From Candidatus Kapaibacterium sp. (lineage in GTDB: Bacteria > Bacteroidota > Ignavibacteria > Kapaibacteriales > UBA2268), in NCBI GenBank assembly GCA_963665665.1, contig OY762428.1, positions 3,552,001 to 3,616,000 on the forward strand: a stretch of DNA of 64,000 nt. The letters are read 5' to 3'. Of the stretch, positions 10,109 through 19,507 are shown piece by piece; positions within the stretch are counted from its first letter, which is position 1; every line of letters begins with the position of its first letter. The notes under the pieces are model-generated. The model saw only the letters and a list, made by a program, of their open reading frames with translations. It made no database searches and was not told where the DNA came from. The position numbers and the translations under genes are program-made.

Positions 10109-13100
10109 CTACTTCTGATAAATCATTTTCCTGACGCCAACTATGCTGCCATTGTACTTCAGGCTGTAAATATAAGTACCCGATGCAAGCTGAGAACCAT
10201 TGTTATTCAATCCGTCCCAAACAACCTTATTCATACCTGCCGGTACGGAACCTGAAACAAGCGTTCTGATATTTCTTCCAAACATATCAGTAATTTCAAT
10301 TTCAACATTTCCGGCTTCTTCCAGAAAATAACTTATCATTGTTGAATTGTTTACCGGGTTTGGTATATTTTGCATCAATTCAAAATTGCCTTTAGCTAAT
10401 AAATTGTCATTCACACCTACTGTTGCCGGTATCGGTGGCTGTGTAGTTACTTTAATGGCAAACTCTGGTTCCAGCCAGGAAACTGTTCTGTTGTAATTTC
10501 CGTTATGGAACAATTGCAGTCCGTCATTTTCATCGGGGCTTTCAACGCCAATGGTTGCATGGCCAACACCGTAAATTTCTTTGTAGTTGAATACAATTTC
10601 TCCGTCGCCGGTTGGTGTATCCACATAATCCGGATCGTAAAGAAGAATCTGGAAAGTCTCGTTTACAGTATTAGAGTTTTGTGAAATTCGGCGGTTGATA
10701 TTATAATATTCAATGATAAAACGATGGTTTTCTTCATCGTAATATGTATAAACAGAACCGCTGTTGCCTGAATAGGCCGTCCATATCCACATAGCTGCTA
10801 CCATTCCGTCAGCCTGGTCTTTCGATGGCAGTTTCTCATTCTCGAAGCCGTAGCTGTATCCGGATACGTTTCCAAATGCTATCCAGCCTCCCATATCGAC
10901 TTTGAAACTGTTATATTCCCTGCCATAATATTTGAAAGTAAATGGCAGGTCAATTTCTTTTGCCTGGTAATTAAGAGTTTGCCTCTGTCCAAGATTTTTA
11001 ATTTCTTTCCAGCTGTAAACAGGCCTGTTTTTGAATATCAGGTCGTCGGATGTATAAGCATAGTAACCGTAATTATCAGGGCCGGTTGGATATGATATAT
11101 GCTCGTCATTTATTTCTGTATAAAGGACAATTTCCTTACTATAGTTATATCGTCCGTCATTGTTCTGAACATGCAGGTTGAAATAGACTTCATGGTCTTC
11201 CGGGCAGTCCTCACGAACCTTCAGGACAAAAGCATCGTCAGTACAATCGGCATTGCTGCCTTTATCAATCGAGCCCCAGGAAGCGTTAGATTTTAATATA
11301 GTTACGAATTCATCAGGTTCAACAAGAGTAAGAACTCCGCTAACATTTTTCGCTGTTTCAGTTCCGATATTTTCTAACTGGATGATAAACTTTGATGTTT
11401 CACCGGATTCCAGGCGGTTGTTTTTGTAGAGAGGCTTTGTTTCATCATACCATTTCTCCATGAAACTGAGATCGCATCCCCTTACTTCTACATCATAATG
11501 GAAGAGCCTGGTTTCGTAATCAGATATTACAGATAGTCTGAACGGAAGTTCGTATCCGACTTTGCAACTGTCCTTCAAAATATATTCAAAACTTACAGGA
11601 CTGCTTTGTGCGCCGCTGTTCAATGTGCCAATATTGATTTCGTCGGTTGTTTTCATTCCGGCATAATCTTCAGTATCGAGTTCAAGTTTCACTTTAACGT
11701 TGTTTTCGTTTACATTTCCTTCGTTTTTAAGGACAAATGATATACTGCACGTTTCAGTAGGGTTGGGATAATTATCACCATTACCGCTTACATCAGCCAG
11801 TTCATATTCTTCAAGCGGATGAACATTGTGATCAGCATTAATAACTTCTACAGTACTCAGGAAGGGTATCATTGATTCTCCCCTTACTGTCAGGTTCAGA
11901 GAACCGGGGGTTTCAGAATGAATATCAATCCAGGCGCGTCCGTTTTCATCAGTTCTTGAAACCGAATAAATGCCGTCGGCTGAAATACAAACTACAGCAT
12001 TGGCAGCGGGCTGATTATTATCTTTATAATTAACATCAACTTCAAGCTGGCTGTAACCTTTAGGTACATTCTGCTCGTAACTTACGCTTAATTCTCTCGG
12101 AACATCTTTCCAGAGGTGTAAACCCGGATCGCCGAGAAGGCAGAAAGTATTTGAATGATATTTAACCCATGGGTCATCGCCAAAAACGTTGAACATGTAT
12201 ATTTTTCCTCTGAGCAATGCTTGTGCAGGAGTTTCCAGACCTTCGCGGAAAAGCCCCACGTATATTCCTTTGTCTATCCTGTTGTTATATGATGTATGAG
12301 TATTAGAAGTAGGCCCTACGAACGCAATAGAGCCTCTTGGTTTCGTTTTGGTACCCAGTTTCAACCATTCTTCACCGAAACAATTGCCTGAGTATTCGTC
12401 AAATTTTGCTACACCGCAGCCAATGCTTGAGATAAAGGGCATCATCAGTCCGTTGTTCACCTGTGAAATGTCTTCTGTTTCAAAACCGAAGCATATTGTC
12501 TGCCAGCCGTAGCTCCAGCCTTCACCCCGATAATTGAGAAAAGATCTGCCCTGGCTGAGTGCACTTATTATATGGCTGAGTTTAACAGTACAGCCTGAAC
12601 CTCCCCAGCCGCCATTGCTTTTACCGTCGCTCCATAAGGTGTCAACTTCAGTGAAGCCTCCGTCTTCGAGCATCACATTACGTGTAAATCTTTTAGTATC
12701 AACTTGTGAGGCATACAGATTATTTGAACTAACGATTCCGTGTTTGAACCAGTTGGTATTTGCCATATATGGCTGAGTTTCATAAAGTTTAAGTTTATTC
12801 AGGATAACTTCAAGCCTGTATTCACTTTGAATCGGTATTCTGCCAACCATCATATCTGCAAAATGATCGTCCCCGTCCACACAAACAAAATAGTCTTCGT
12901 TCATTAGCGTATAATCAGGATAAGTCACATATTTCACGGGAAATACACCGTAATCACCTACCATTAATACATATGTAGGCGGAATTGCCCATGTATGATA
13001 AGCTTCGGAAATATAATCCCTGATTTTTTCATAATTGGATGAATTGGCTCCAATTTCACTGAAAGTTTTTGTTATTATATAAGTTCCACTACGATGACGC

Positions 13101-13903
13101 CATTCGGCATAAGATTCGAATACTTCTTTGAACTCGTCCGGCATTATACATAGCATAACGTCATAGCTGTGTTTATCATGACGTTCAGAATCAAGAAAAT
13201 CCTCGTAATTAAGTACCATATTTTTATAAATTTTTTCAAAGGCTGGTGATATTGGCCTCGGATCAGTTGCTATTGGAGTATCATCACTTGTTATAAAGTC
13301 AATCTTTACTTTCATATAGGGAATTACCGATATCTGTTCCATATTCATATTATACTGAATCGGAGCAATATCAACCCTTACAACGTTAATATCTCTGAAT
13401 TTCATTGGTTTACTTATTCTCACGGCCTCATTAGGATAAATACCGTCAAAATCATATTCTTTCGCTGATATTTCAGGCAGTTCTTCGCCTTCAGCATGGC
13501 TTGCCATTCGCGGCTTAATATTATAACCAGAAAAAATCCGGGGTTCTTCGCCGGATATGATCTTTGCTTCTACTTTTGCACCGGCGGGTACGGCAATAAT
13601 TTTTGAAATTACCGGTACTTCCGGAACAACATTTCCCGCAGGTATGTAAGAATCCTCCAACAGGCTGATTTCTTTATAACCTGCAAATCTTCCTGTAGCA
13701 ACATTCATATCAAATCCCGAAACAGACAGTTCCAGTTCAATACCTTTGCTGTTACTTTCAATAATATTAATTTCAGGTTCCTGAGGCTTGAGCGCCATAA
13801 CTTTTTCGCCGTTTTTTCCTTTTTTTTCTACTCCAACCCATTCGGCGCTGGTGTTAGAAGCTATTATTACAAACAATGCAAAAATTATAATTCCGATACG
13901 CAT
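10109..13903 (-). CDS. Gingipain-like C25 family protein with propeptide, Ig-like domains and a C-terminal FlgD-Ig/T9SS-type domain
   Basis: YVLMVGD, MVGRIP, NYRGEG, SIGC, LLGDP motifs; GPDNYGY; C-terminus QNIPNPVN...VVWDG...SGTYIYSL. Confidence 0.85.
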   Translation of the reverse strand: MRIGIIIFALFVIIASNTSAEWVGVEKKGKNGEKVMALKPQEPEINIIESNSKGIELELSVSGFDMNVATGRFAGYKEISLLEDSYIPAGNVVPEVPVISKIIAVPAGAKVEAKIISGEEPRIFSGYNIKPRMASHAEGEELPEISAKEYDFDGIYPNEAVRISKPMKFRDINVVRVDIAPIQYNMNMEQISVIPYMKVKIDFITSDDTPIATDPRPISPAFEKIYKNMVLNYEDFLDSERHDKHSYDVMLCIMPDEFKEVFESYAEWRHRSGTYIITKTFSEIGANSSNYEKIRDYISEAYHTWAIPPTYVLMVGDYGVFPVKYVTYPDYTLMNEDYFVCVDGDDHFADMMVGRIPIQSEYRLEVILNKLKLYETQPYMANTNWFKHGIVSSNNLYASQVDTKRFTRNVMLEDGGFTEVDTLWSDGKSNGGWGGSGCTVKLSHIISALSQGRSFLNYRGEGWSYGWQTICFGFETEDISQVNNGLMMPFISSIGCGVAKFDEYSGNCFGEEWLKLGTKTKPRGSIAFVGPTSNTHTSYNNRIDKGIYVGLFREGLETPAQALLRGKIYMFNVFGDDPWVKYHSNTFCLLGDPGLHLWKDVPRELSVSYEQNVPKGYSQLEVDVNYKDNNQPAANAVVCISADGIYSVSRTDENGRAWIDIHSETPGSLNLTVRGESMIPFLSTVEVINADHNVHPLEEYELADVSGNGDNYPNPTETCSISFVLKNEGNVNENNVKVKLELDTEDYAGMKTTDEINIGTLNSGAQSSPVSFEYILKDSCKVGYELPFRLSVISDYETRLFHYDVEVRGCDLSFMEKWYDETKPLYKNNRLESGETSKFIIQLENIGTETAKNVSGVLTLVEPDEFVTILKSNASWGSIDKGSNADCTDDAFVLKVREDCPEDHEVYFNLHVQNNDGRYNYSKEIVLYTEINDEHISYPTGPDNYGYYAYTSDDLIFKNRPVYSWKEIKNLGQRQTLNYQAKEIDLPFTFKYYGREYNSFKVDMGGWIAFGNVSGYSYGFENEKLPSKDQADGMVAAMWIWTAYSGNSGSVYTYYDEENHRFIIEYYNINRRISQNSNTVNETFQILLYDPDYVDTPTGDGEIVFNYKEIYGVGHATIGVESPDENDGLQLFHNGNYNRTVSWLEPEFAIKVTTQPPIPATVGVNDNLLAKGNFELMQNIPNPVNNSTMISYFLEEAGNVEIEITDMFGRNIRTLVSGSVPAGMNKVVWDGLNNNGSQLASGTYIYSLKYNGSIVGVRKMIYQK

Positions 13904-14116
13904 ATTTTCTTCCCTTAGTTATCCGCGTTTTCAATTTGTCTTATTTATTATAAATACACTTAAACAGGAATTCGTTACATAAATTTATGAAAAAAAATCA
14001 AAACAAGTTAAGATTTAATCTTTTTTAAGGTTCGACCTCGTTCTTTTTTATTTGAATTATTTATATCTTGCGGATATATTGAAAACAGCATTCTGAAAAC
14101 CTAAACGCAGACAAAC

Positions 14117-15571
14117 ATGACTGAAAAGAAATCCGGCCTTCTGCCGCATCTCGGACTTTACACAACAACAGCAATTGTTATCGGAGCCGTCATCGGTTCC
14201 GGAATATTTAAAAAGCCGGCACTTATGGCCGATCAGCTTGGCTCTCCTGAGTTGATGCTACTGGTGTGGGTAATAGCAGGAATACTAACGCTTTTCGGAG
14301 CGCTTACCAATGCCGAAGTGGCAGGTATGATAACAGCCCCGGGTGGACAATATGTTTATTTCGAAAAAATGTACGGCCGTTTTACAGCTTATATGTACGG
14401 CTGGGCAATATTTGCAGTTATCCAGACGGGATCCATCGCTTCAATAACTTATGTATTTTCAGAGTACTTTGAATATTTCCAGGTATTGCCAAGGTTCAGC
14501 CCTGACATTGAAAACAGTATTGTATTGCACATCCCTTACATCGGGAATATTTTCCCATTGCAGGATTTCGGAGTTAAAAGCCTGACAATACTGATTATTA
14601 CCTCACTGACCACAATAAATTATTTTGGAGTCAGGTTTGGCGGGCGTGTTTCTCTGATATTTACTTCTGCAAAGGTCTCGGCAATTTTTGTACTGCTGAT
14701 ACTGGCAGTAATTTTCGGTGAGGGAAGTACGGGTCATCTGGTATCCGAGAATGGATTCACGCCTTCCACCGGAGCTCCGATTTTCGGAGCTATTATAGTA
14801 GCTCTGTCTGGGGCTTTTTGGTCCTATGACGGCTGGAACAATGTAACATATCTTGCAGGAGAAGTAAAGCAGCCCCAGAGAACAATTCCTCGCGCTCTTA
14901 TTACCGGGATGATAATAGTTATAACGGTTTACCTGCTGATTAACATTGCTTTCCTATATGTACTCCCGATAGAAGAAATGGCCGGTTCAAAGCTTGTTGC
15001 CGCTGATGTTGCCCAAAAGGCTCTCGGAGCTATTGGTGGCGCTTTGGTTGCCGCCGCCGTTATGATTTCTACCTTTGGTACTTCCAACGGAACAATTATG
15101 GCAAGCGCAAGGGTTTATTTTGCTATGTCGCGGGATAAAATGTTCTTCAGCCCTGTAGGCAGGATACACCCGAAATTCAGAACCCCCGCCAATGCATTAA
15201 TATTGCAGGCGGCATGGTCTACCCTGCTTGTTCTAAGCGGTACATTCGATATTCTAACCGATATGCTGATATTTGTAAGCTGGATATTCTATGCCCTCGG
15301 CGCTTTCGGCCTTTTCATACTCAGGCGTAAAATGCCTGATGCAGAACGTCCGTATAAGGTATTTGCATATCCCGTTATTCCACTTGTATTCACGGTTTTT
15401 GCCCTTGTTTTCGTAGTAATGACACTATATAATGATATTATCCGCTATTACAACGGCGAGGCACAGATCATCAATTCCCTGTTTGGCCTTTTACTAATGG
15501 CGCTGGGAATTCCAATGTATATCTGGTTTAAGAAAAAGTACGGGGATAAGGAGGCTGTCTCGGAAGCCTGA
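14117..15571 (+). CDS. APC-family amino acid permease (LAT/SteT-like)
   Basis: IGAVIGSGIF, FWSYDGWNN, GEVKQPQRTIP, RPYKV motifs; about 12 TM segments. Confidence 0.9.
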   Translation: MTEKKSGLLPHLGLYTTTAIVIGAVIGSGIFKKPALMADQLGSPELMLLVWVIAGILTLFGALTNAEVAGMITAPGGQYVYFEKMYGRFTAYMYGWAIFAVIQTGSIASITYVFSEYFEYFQVLPRFSPDIENSIVLHIPYIGNIFPLQDFGVKSLTILIITSLTTINYFGVRFGGRVSLIFTSAKVSAIFVLLILAVIFGEGSTGHLVSENGFTPSTGAPIFGAIIVALSGAFWSYDGWNNVTYLAGEVKQPQRTIPRALITGMIIVITVYLLINIAFLYVLPIEEMAGSKLVAADVAQKALGAIGGALVAAAVMISTFGTSNGTIMASARVYFAMSRDKMFFSPVGRIHPKFRTPANALILQAAWSTLLVLSGTFDILTDMLIFVSWIFYALGAFGLFILRRKMPDAERPYKVFAYPVIPLVFTVFALVFVVMTLYNDIIRYYNGEAQIINSLFGLLLMALGIPMYIWFKKKYGDKEAVSEA

Positions 15572-15680
15572 AAAGCGGTCATTCTGAGCGTAGCGAAGAA
15601 TCTATAACCCGTATGAATACTGGATTCTTCACTTCGTTCAGAATGACAAATTCACAAAAATCAGAATAATGAGACATTCC
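15553..15680 (+). mobile_element. ~127-bp MITE-like repeat, copy 2 (overlaps the permease stop codon)
   Basis: ggctgtctc...gagacattcc ends; internal gtcattctgagcgtagcgaagaatct...ggattcttcacttcgttcagaatgac hairpin. Confidence 0.75.
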
Positions 15681-15746
15681 GATCTGATGACTGACACTCA
15701 TGGAATGAATTTAAAAATAAATATTAGTGCAACAATAATCAATACT

Positions 15747-16529
15747 ATGGCAAGCAATTTCAATTACATAAAAATGGGCGATCCCGGAGGCAAAGCGATA
15801 ATATTTCTGCATGGCTTTATGGGATGCGCGGATGACTGGCTGAAAGTAATGAAGCATTTACAACCTGAATATTACTGCATTGCCATTGACCTGCCAGGGC
15901 ACGGCGCTACAAAAGTTACAGGCGGCGAAGATAAATATAAAATGGAGGAAACAGCCGCCGGGCTAAAAGAATTTTTCAGTAAAAAAAAACTTGAGAAAGT
16001 CACGCTTTGCGGCTATTCCATGGGAGGCAGGCTGGCTTTATATTTTGCCATGAAATACCCGGAAATGATTGATAAACTGATCCTTGAATCGGCAACGCCC
16101 GGAATAATTGATGATAAGGAACGTGCTGAAAGGCTTCGCTCGGACGAACTGCTGTCAGAAAAGATAATAAACTCAGATTATGCAGAGTTTATTGAGAACT
16201 GGTATTCAATGTCTTTGTTCGGCAATATCAAAGAACATCCGGAATATGGGAAGCTGATAAAACGCCGCCTGAAAAATAATAAGCAGGAAATTGCCTGCTC
16301 GCTCAGGGTGATGAGTACGGGAAGGATGCAGCCCCAATGGGACAACCTGGCAAAAGCCAATCTTCCAATACTGCTTATAGCCGGAGAACAGGATTCAAAA
16401 TATATTGAAATCAATAATAAGATAGCAAGTATTAATCAGAAGTCCGAATTAAGGATTATTTCCGGCACCGGACATAATAGCCATTTTGAAAAACCTGAAA
16501 TCTTTGTAAATTATATTAAGGAATTTTAG
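15747..16529 (+). CDS. menH: 2-succinyl-6-hydroxy-2,4-cyclohexadiene-1-carboxylate synthase
   Basis: FLHGFMG, DLPGHG, GYSMGGRLAL, LESATPG, GHNSH alpha/beta-hydrolase motifs; upstream of menB. Start re-called because ATG 15669 lies inside the repeat. Confidence 0.85.
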   Translation: MASNFNYIKMGDPGGKAIIFLHGFMGCADDWLKVMKHLQPEYYCIAIDLPGHGATKVTGGEDKYKMEETAAGLKEFFSKKKLEKVTLCGYSMGGRLALYFAMKYPEMIDKLILESATPGIIDDKERAERLRSDELLSEKIINSDYAEFIENWYSMSLFGNIKEHPEYGKLIKRRLKNNKQEIACSLRVMSTGRMQPQWDNLAKANLPILLIAGEQDSKYIEINNKIASINQKSELRIISGTGHNSHFEKPEIFVNYIKEF

Positions 16530-16629
16530 AAAAATATTTTTTAAAATTTCCATTTGTCACAAATTGATAAACCGGCAGGAAGCTATGCTCAGCTACATTT
16601 TTTTCTTTACCAAAGGCTTAAAAGAAATT

Positions 16630-16663
16630 GATTCTTTAGTCGCTACGCTTCTTCAGAATGACA
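16630..16663 (+). repeat. Half-copy of the GTCATTCTGA hairpin repeat
   Basis: gattctttagtcgctacgcttcttcagaatgaca resembles the right arm of the MITE hairpin. Confidence 0.5.
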
Positions 16664-16733
16664 TTTAATTGGTTTTCCGAACAATTAATTACGACTAAGC
16701 AACTTATTTATTCAAATAATACAGGAAATAATT

Positions 16734-17555
16734 ATGGGAACATTTAACTGGATAAAATCAGGCGAATATACAGATATTAAATATGATAAATTCGAAGGTA
16801 TAGCTAAAATTACTATCAACCGGCCGGAAGTAAGGAATGCCTTTCGCCCCCTGACTGTAATGGAAATGTCCAAGGCGCTTGAAGATGCCCGGCAGGATCC
16901 GGAAATTGGCGTTATTATTCTTACCGGAGAAGGCGAGAAGGCTTTTTGCTCCGGCGGCGACCAGAAGATCAGGGGCGACGCAGGATATGTTGACTCAAAA
17001 GGGGTGCATCATCTGAACGTTCTGGATTTTCAGCGTCAGATAAGAACATGCCCCAAGCCGATAATAGCTATGGTGGCAGGTTATTCAATTGGCGGCGGCC
17101 ATGTACTGCACCTGATGTGTGATATAACTATTGCTGCTGAAAATGCTGTCTTCGGCCAGACAGGCCCCAAAGTTGGCTCTTTCGACGGCGGCTACGGTTC
17201 CAGCTATATGGCAAGAATAGTCGGGCAGAAAAAAGCCCGTGAAATCTGGTTCCTTTGCCGACAGTATGACGCACAGCAGGCCCTTGATATGGGGCTTGTT
17301 AATACCGTTGTACCGTATGAACGCCTTGAAGAAGAAACAGTTCAGTGGTGCAGGGAAATTCTTAAGAATTCTCCTTTGGCTTTGCGCTGCCTGAAATCTG
17401 CCCTGAATGCCGACTGTGACGGCCAGGCAGGATTGCAGGAGCTTGCCGGAAATGCCACCATGCTTTTCTATATGACTGACGAAGGACAGGAAGGCCGCAA
17501 TGCCTTTAATGAAAAACGCCAGCCGGACTTCTCGAAGTTTACCAGAAGGCCGTAA
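16734..17555 (+). CDS. menB: 1,4-dihydroxy-2-naphthoyl-CoA synthase
   Basis: [47 protein letters not shown]. Confidence 0.97.
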   Translation: MGTFNWIKSGEYTDIKYDKFEGIAKITINRPEVRNAFRPLTVMEMSKALEDARQDPEIGVIILTGEGEKAFCSGGDQKIRGDAGYVDSKGVHHLNVLDFQRQIRTCPKPIIAMVAGYSIGGGHVLHLMCDITIAAENAVFGQTGPKVGSFDGGYGSSYMARIVGQKKAREIWFLCRQYDAQQALDMGLVNTVVPYERLEEETVQWCREILKNSPLALRCLKSALNADCDGQAGLQELAGNATMLFYMTDEGQEGRNAFNEKRQPDFSKFTRRP

Positions 17556-17573
17556 TCATAAAATTTTTAGAAC

Positions 17574-17598
17574 TCCCGGTTATTATATAGCCGGGGGG
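17574..17598. terminator. Hairpin between convergent menB and abiEii
   Basis: tcccggtta-ttata-tagccgggg. Confidence 0.55.
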
Positions 17599-17618
17599 AT
17601 ATTTTTTATTAAATCATG

Positions 17619-18596
17619 TTATTTATTTAAATCCCAACTGATATTTTTCAAGCGTTTATAAATAATTGTTATACTTTCAATAATATCAGATTCATGGGGC
17701 AAAACGCCAATTACAATATCTTGAAAATTACCATAATACACTGATCTCAAATCTTTCCATGTTTCTTCAATTTTTGAGAAACATATTGCATCAGCGGGGT
17801 GTTTCAAAAGCCATTCATTGTTGTTTTTATATGATACAATATCGTCCTGGCCTGTTTTGATTAGCATCTTTTCAAAATCATGGCTATGAAGAAATATCTG
17901 AATATCCTTGTCTTTAAGCATTTGATTCAAATCATAAAAATGACGGATTTTATTCCTCAAATCAAAAATGGGATTATTTGTATTCGAAAATCTTACCAGG
18001 CTCATGATTTTTTCACAAAAGGTTCTATATTTACTGAGAACCCTTATATTGAAGGGTGATAGTCTGTATATATCAATTAAGTCAAATTTTTTCTGTTGTA
18101 CCATCATATCAAAGATATAGGAACTGACTTTCATCGAGGAATTTGGTTCAGAACTTCCCATCCAACTTACCTCCAGTATCACATTCTCGCTTATCTGACC
18201 AAATCTGCCTGAAAATTCTTTTTGATAATTATGTACAGTTTTTCTGATATTTCCCATTTTATTTGTTAATCCGGGAATATTTATTTCCGGTATGGCATTA
18301 CCCAAAATTTTGCTAATAGTTCGAATCTTTGATTTTAATTGATTGTCGGATTCGTCAGCTCTCCTAAAAACGACAATATCAATATCTTCAGAAAATCTTT
18401 CAATTAACTTATAGCATTTAGATAAAGCAGTCCCGCCCTTAAAAACTGTTTCATTTTCAATTTCAGAATTGAAAATGGTATATAGCGCGTATGTTACCCA
18501 ATAATCTTTTTCAACAAATACTTCCTTAATACCCAGAAATTGAGCGGTTGCCACAATAGCAGTTTTAAATAATTCCTTATCATTATGTAATTTCAT
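17619..18596 (-). CDS. AbiEii/AbiGii-family nucleotidyltransferase toxin (type IV TA)
   Basis: VEKDYWV, VFKGGTALSK..RFSEDID, RTFCEK, RHFYDL. Confidence 0.92.
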   Translation of the reverse strand: MKLHNDKELFKTAIVATAQFLGIKEVFVEKDYWVTYALYTIFNSEIENETVFKGGTALSKCYKLIERFSEDIDIVVFRRADESDNQLKSKIRTISKILGNAIPEINIPGLTNKMGNIRKTVHNYQKEFSGRFGQISENVILEVSWMGSSEPNSSMKVSSYIFDMMVQQKKFDLIDIYRLSPFNIRVLSKYRTFCEKIMSLVRFSNTNNPIFDLRNKIRHFYDLNQMLKDKDIQIFLHSHDFEKMLIKTGQDDIVSYKNNNEWLLKHPADAICFSKIEETWKDLRSVYYGNFQDIVIGVLPHESDIIESITIIYKRLKNISWDLNK

Positions 18597-19321
18597 TATT
18601 TAATATTCCAGTTTTCTGCTGATGATAATAGTTTATCAGTTATACCTATATTAAAATATGTAAATGGATTCATACTTTTTTTCAGTTTTAAAGCAAGTTC
18701 ATTCTTTTCTAATTCATCAAATAAAGCTCCCAGTAATGCTCTGGTTCTTGGAGGGTAATGGATCGAATACCTGAATAATTCAGATAATTCCTGGTCAGAA
18801 TAATTTTCAATCTTATATTTCAATATAGAAATAGCTGATTTGAAATCAATGTCAGGTATTGTTCTGAAATCTTTGATAGCATCCAATATTTCAAGGTATT
18901 TGTAATTTTTATTCGTTACATCGGTATAGCTTTTTCGTGTTTTTATTTTTAAGGTGCCAATATTAATTGAAATTCTTTTTATTCTGCAGGCAACACTGAT
19001 TATTTCCGGAACCTGTGTTGTCAGGCCCATTCTGTTATATAAAGTTTTTCCGGTTATATATGCAATTCTCCTGCTGCCCTGAAAAAGATAAGTCTTTAAT
19101 AATTGTTCCTCGCTTGGGTATAATTCTCCAAAAACCGATTGTACGGGTTTATAAAACACTCCTGTTGAAATCCTTTTTATTTTATCTTTCTTAATTAACC
19201 TTTCCATTGCTTTGGCTGCAGCAATATATTCATTTTGTTGAAGCCCTAAATGATAATATTTAAAAGTTGTACCTTCTTTAATAGAATCAATTTTTTGTTT
19301 TATTTTTTTTGCTACGGTCAT
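18596..19321 (-). CDS. AbiEi-like antitoxin (DUF6088-like; wHTH plus C-terminal domain)
   Basis: AKAMERL..IKRISTGVFYKP, YITG..YNRMGLTTQVP; stop overlaps the toxin start. Confidence 0.85.
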   Translation of the reverse strand: MTVAKKIKQKIDSIKEGTTFKYYHLGLQQNEYIAAAKAMERLIKKDKIKRISTGVFYKPVQSVFGELYPSEEQLLKTYLFQGSRRIAYITGKTLYNRMGLTTQVPEIISVACRIKRISINIGTLKIKTRKSYTDVTNKNYKYLEILDAIKDFRTIPDIDFKSAISILKYKIENYSDQELSELFRYSIHYPPRTRALLGALFDELEKNELALKLKKSMNPFTYFNIGITDKLLSSAENWNIK

Positions 19322-19453
19322 TTAGAATTTATTTTTAATTATCAAGTAAAATATGTGTAATAATTGACATATATCATTATAAAATATTGTAATACAAACA
19401 ATATAATAATTATTGATAAAAATGAGAAATATAATGTTTAGGAATTAACATAA

Positions 19454-19485
19454 AAAGCCCGGCAAAGATTGCAATGCCGGGCTTT
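19454..19485 (-). terminator. Intrinsic terminator of pepD
   Basis: aaagcccggca...tgccgggcttt stem with an A-tract (U-tract on the minus strand). Confidence 0.75.
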
Positions 19486-19507
19486 GACTTTTAAAAAAGA
19501 TTAGAGA

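Noticed and set aside
15669-15746. N-terminal extension of menH in the ORF track
   Set aside because: The ATG lies in the terminal repeat of the MITE-like element; the hydrolase domain starts after Met at 15747
16568-16595. ccggcaggaagc resembling the SRP RNA core
   Set aside because: The preceding TCAGG and following AGC elements and the long enclosing helix are absent
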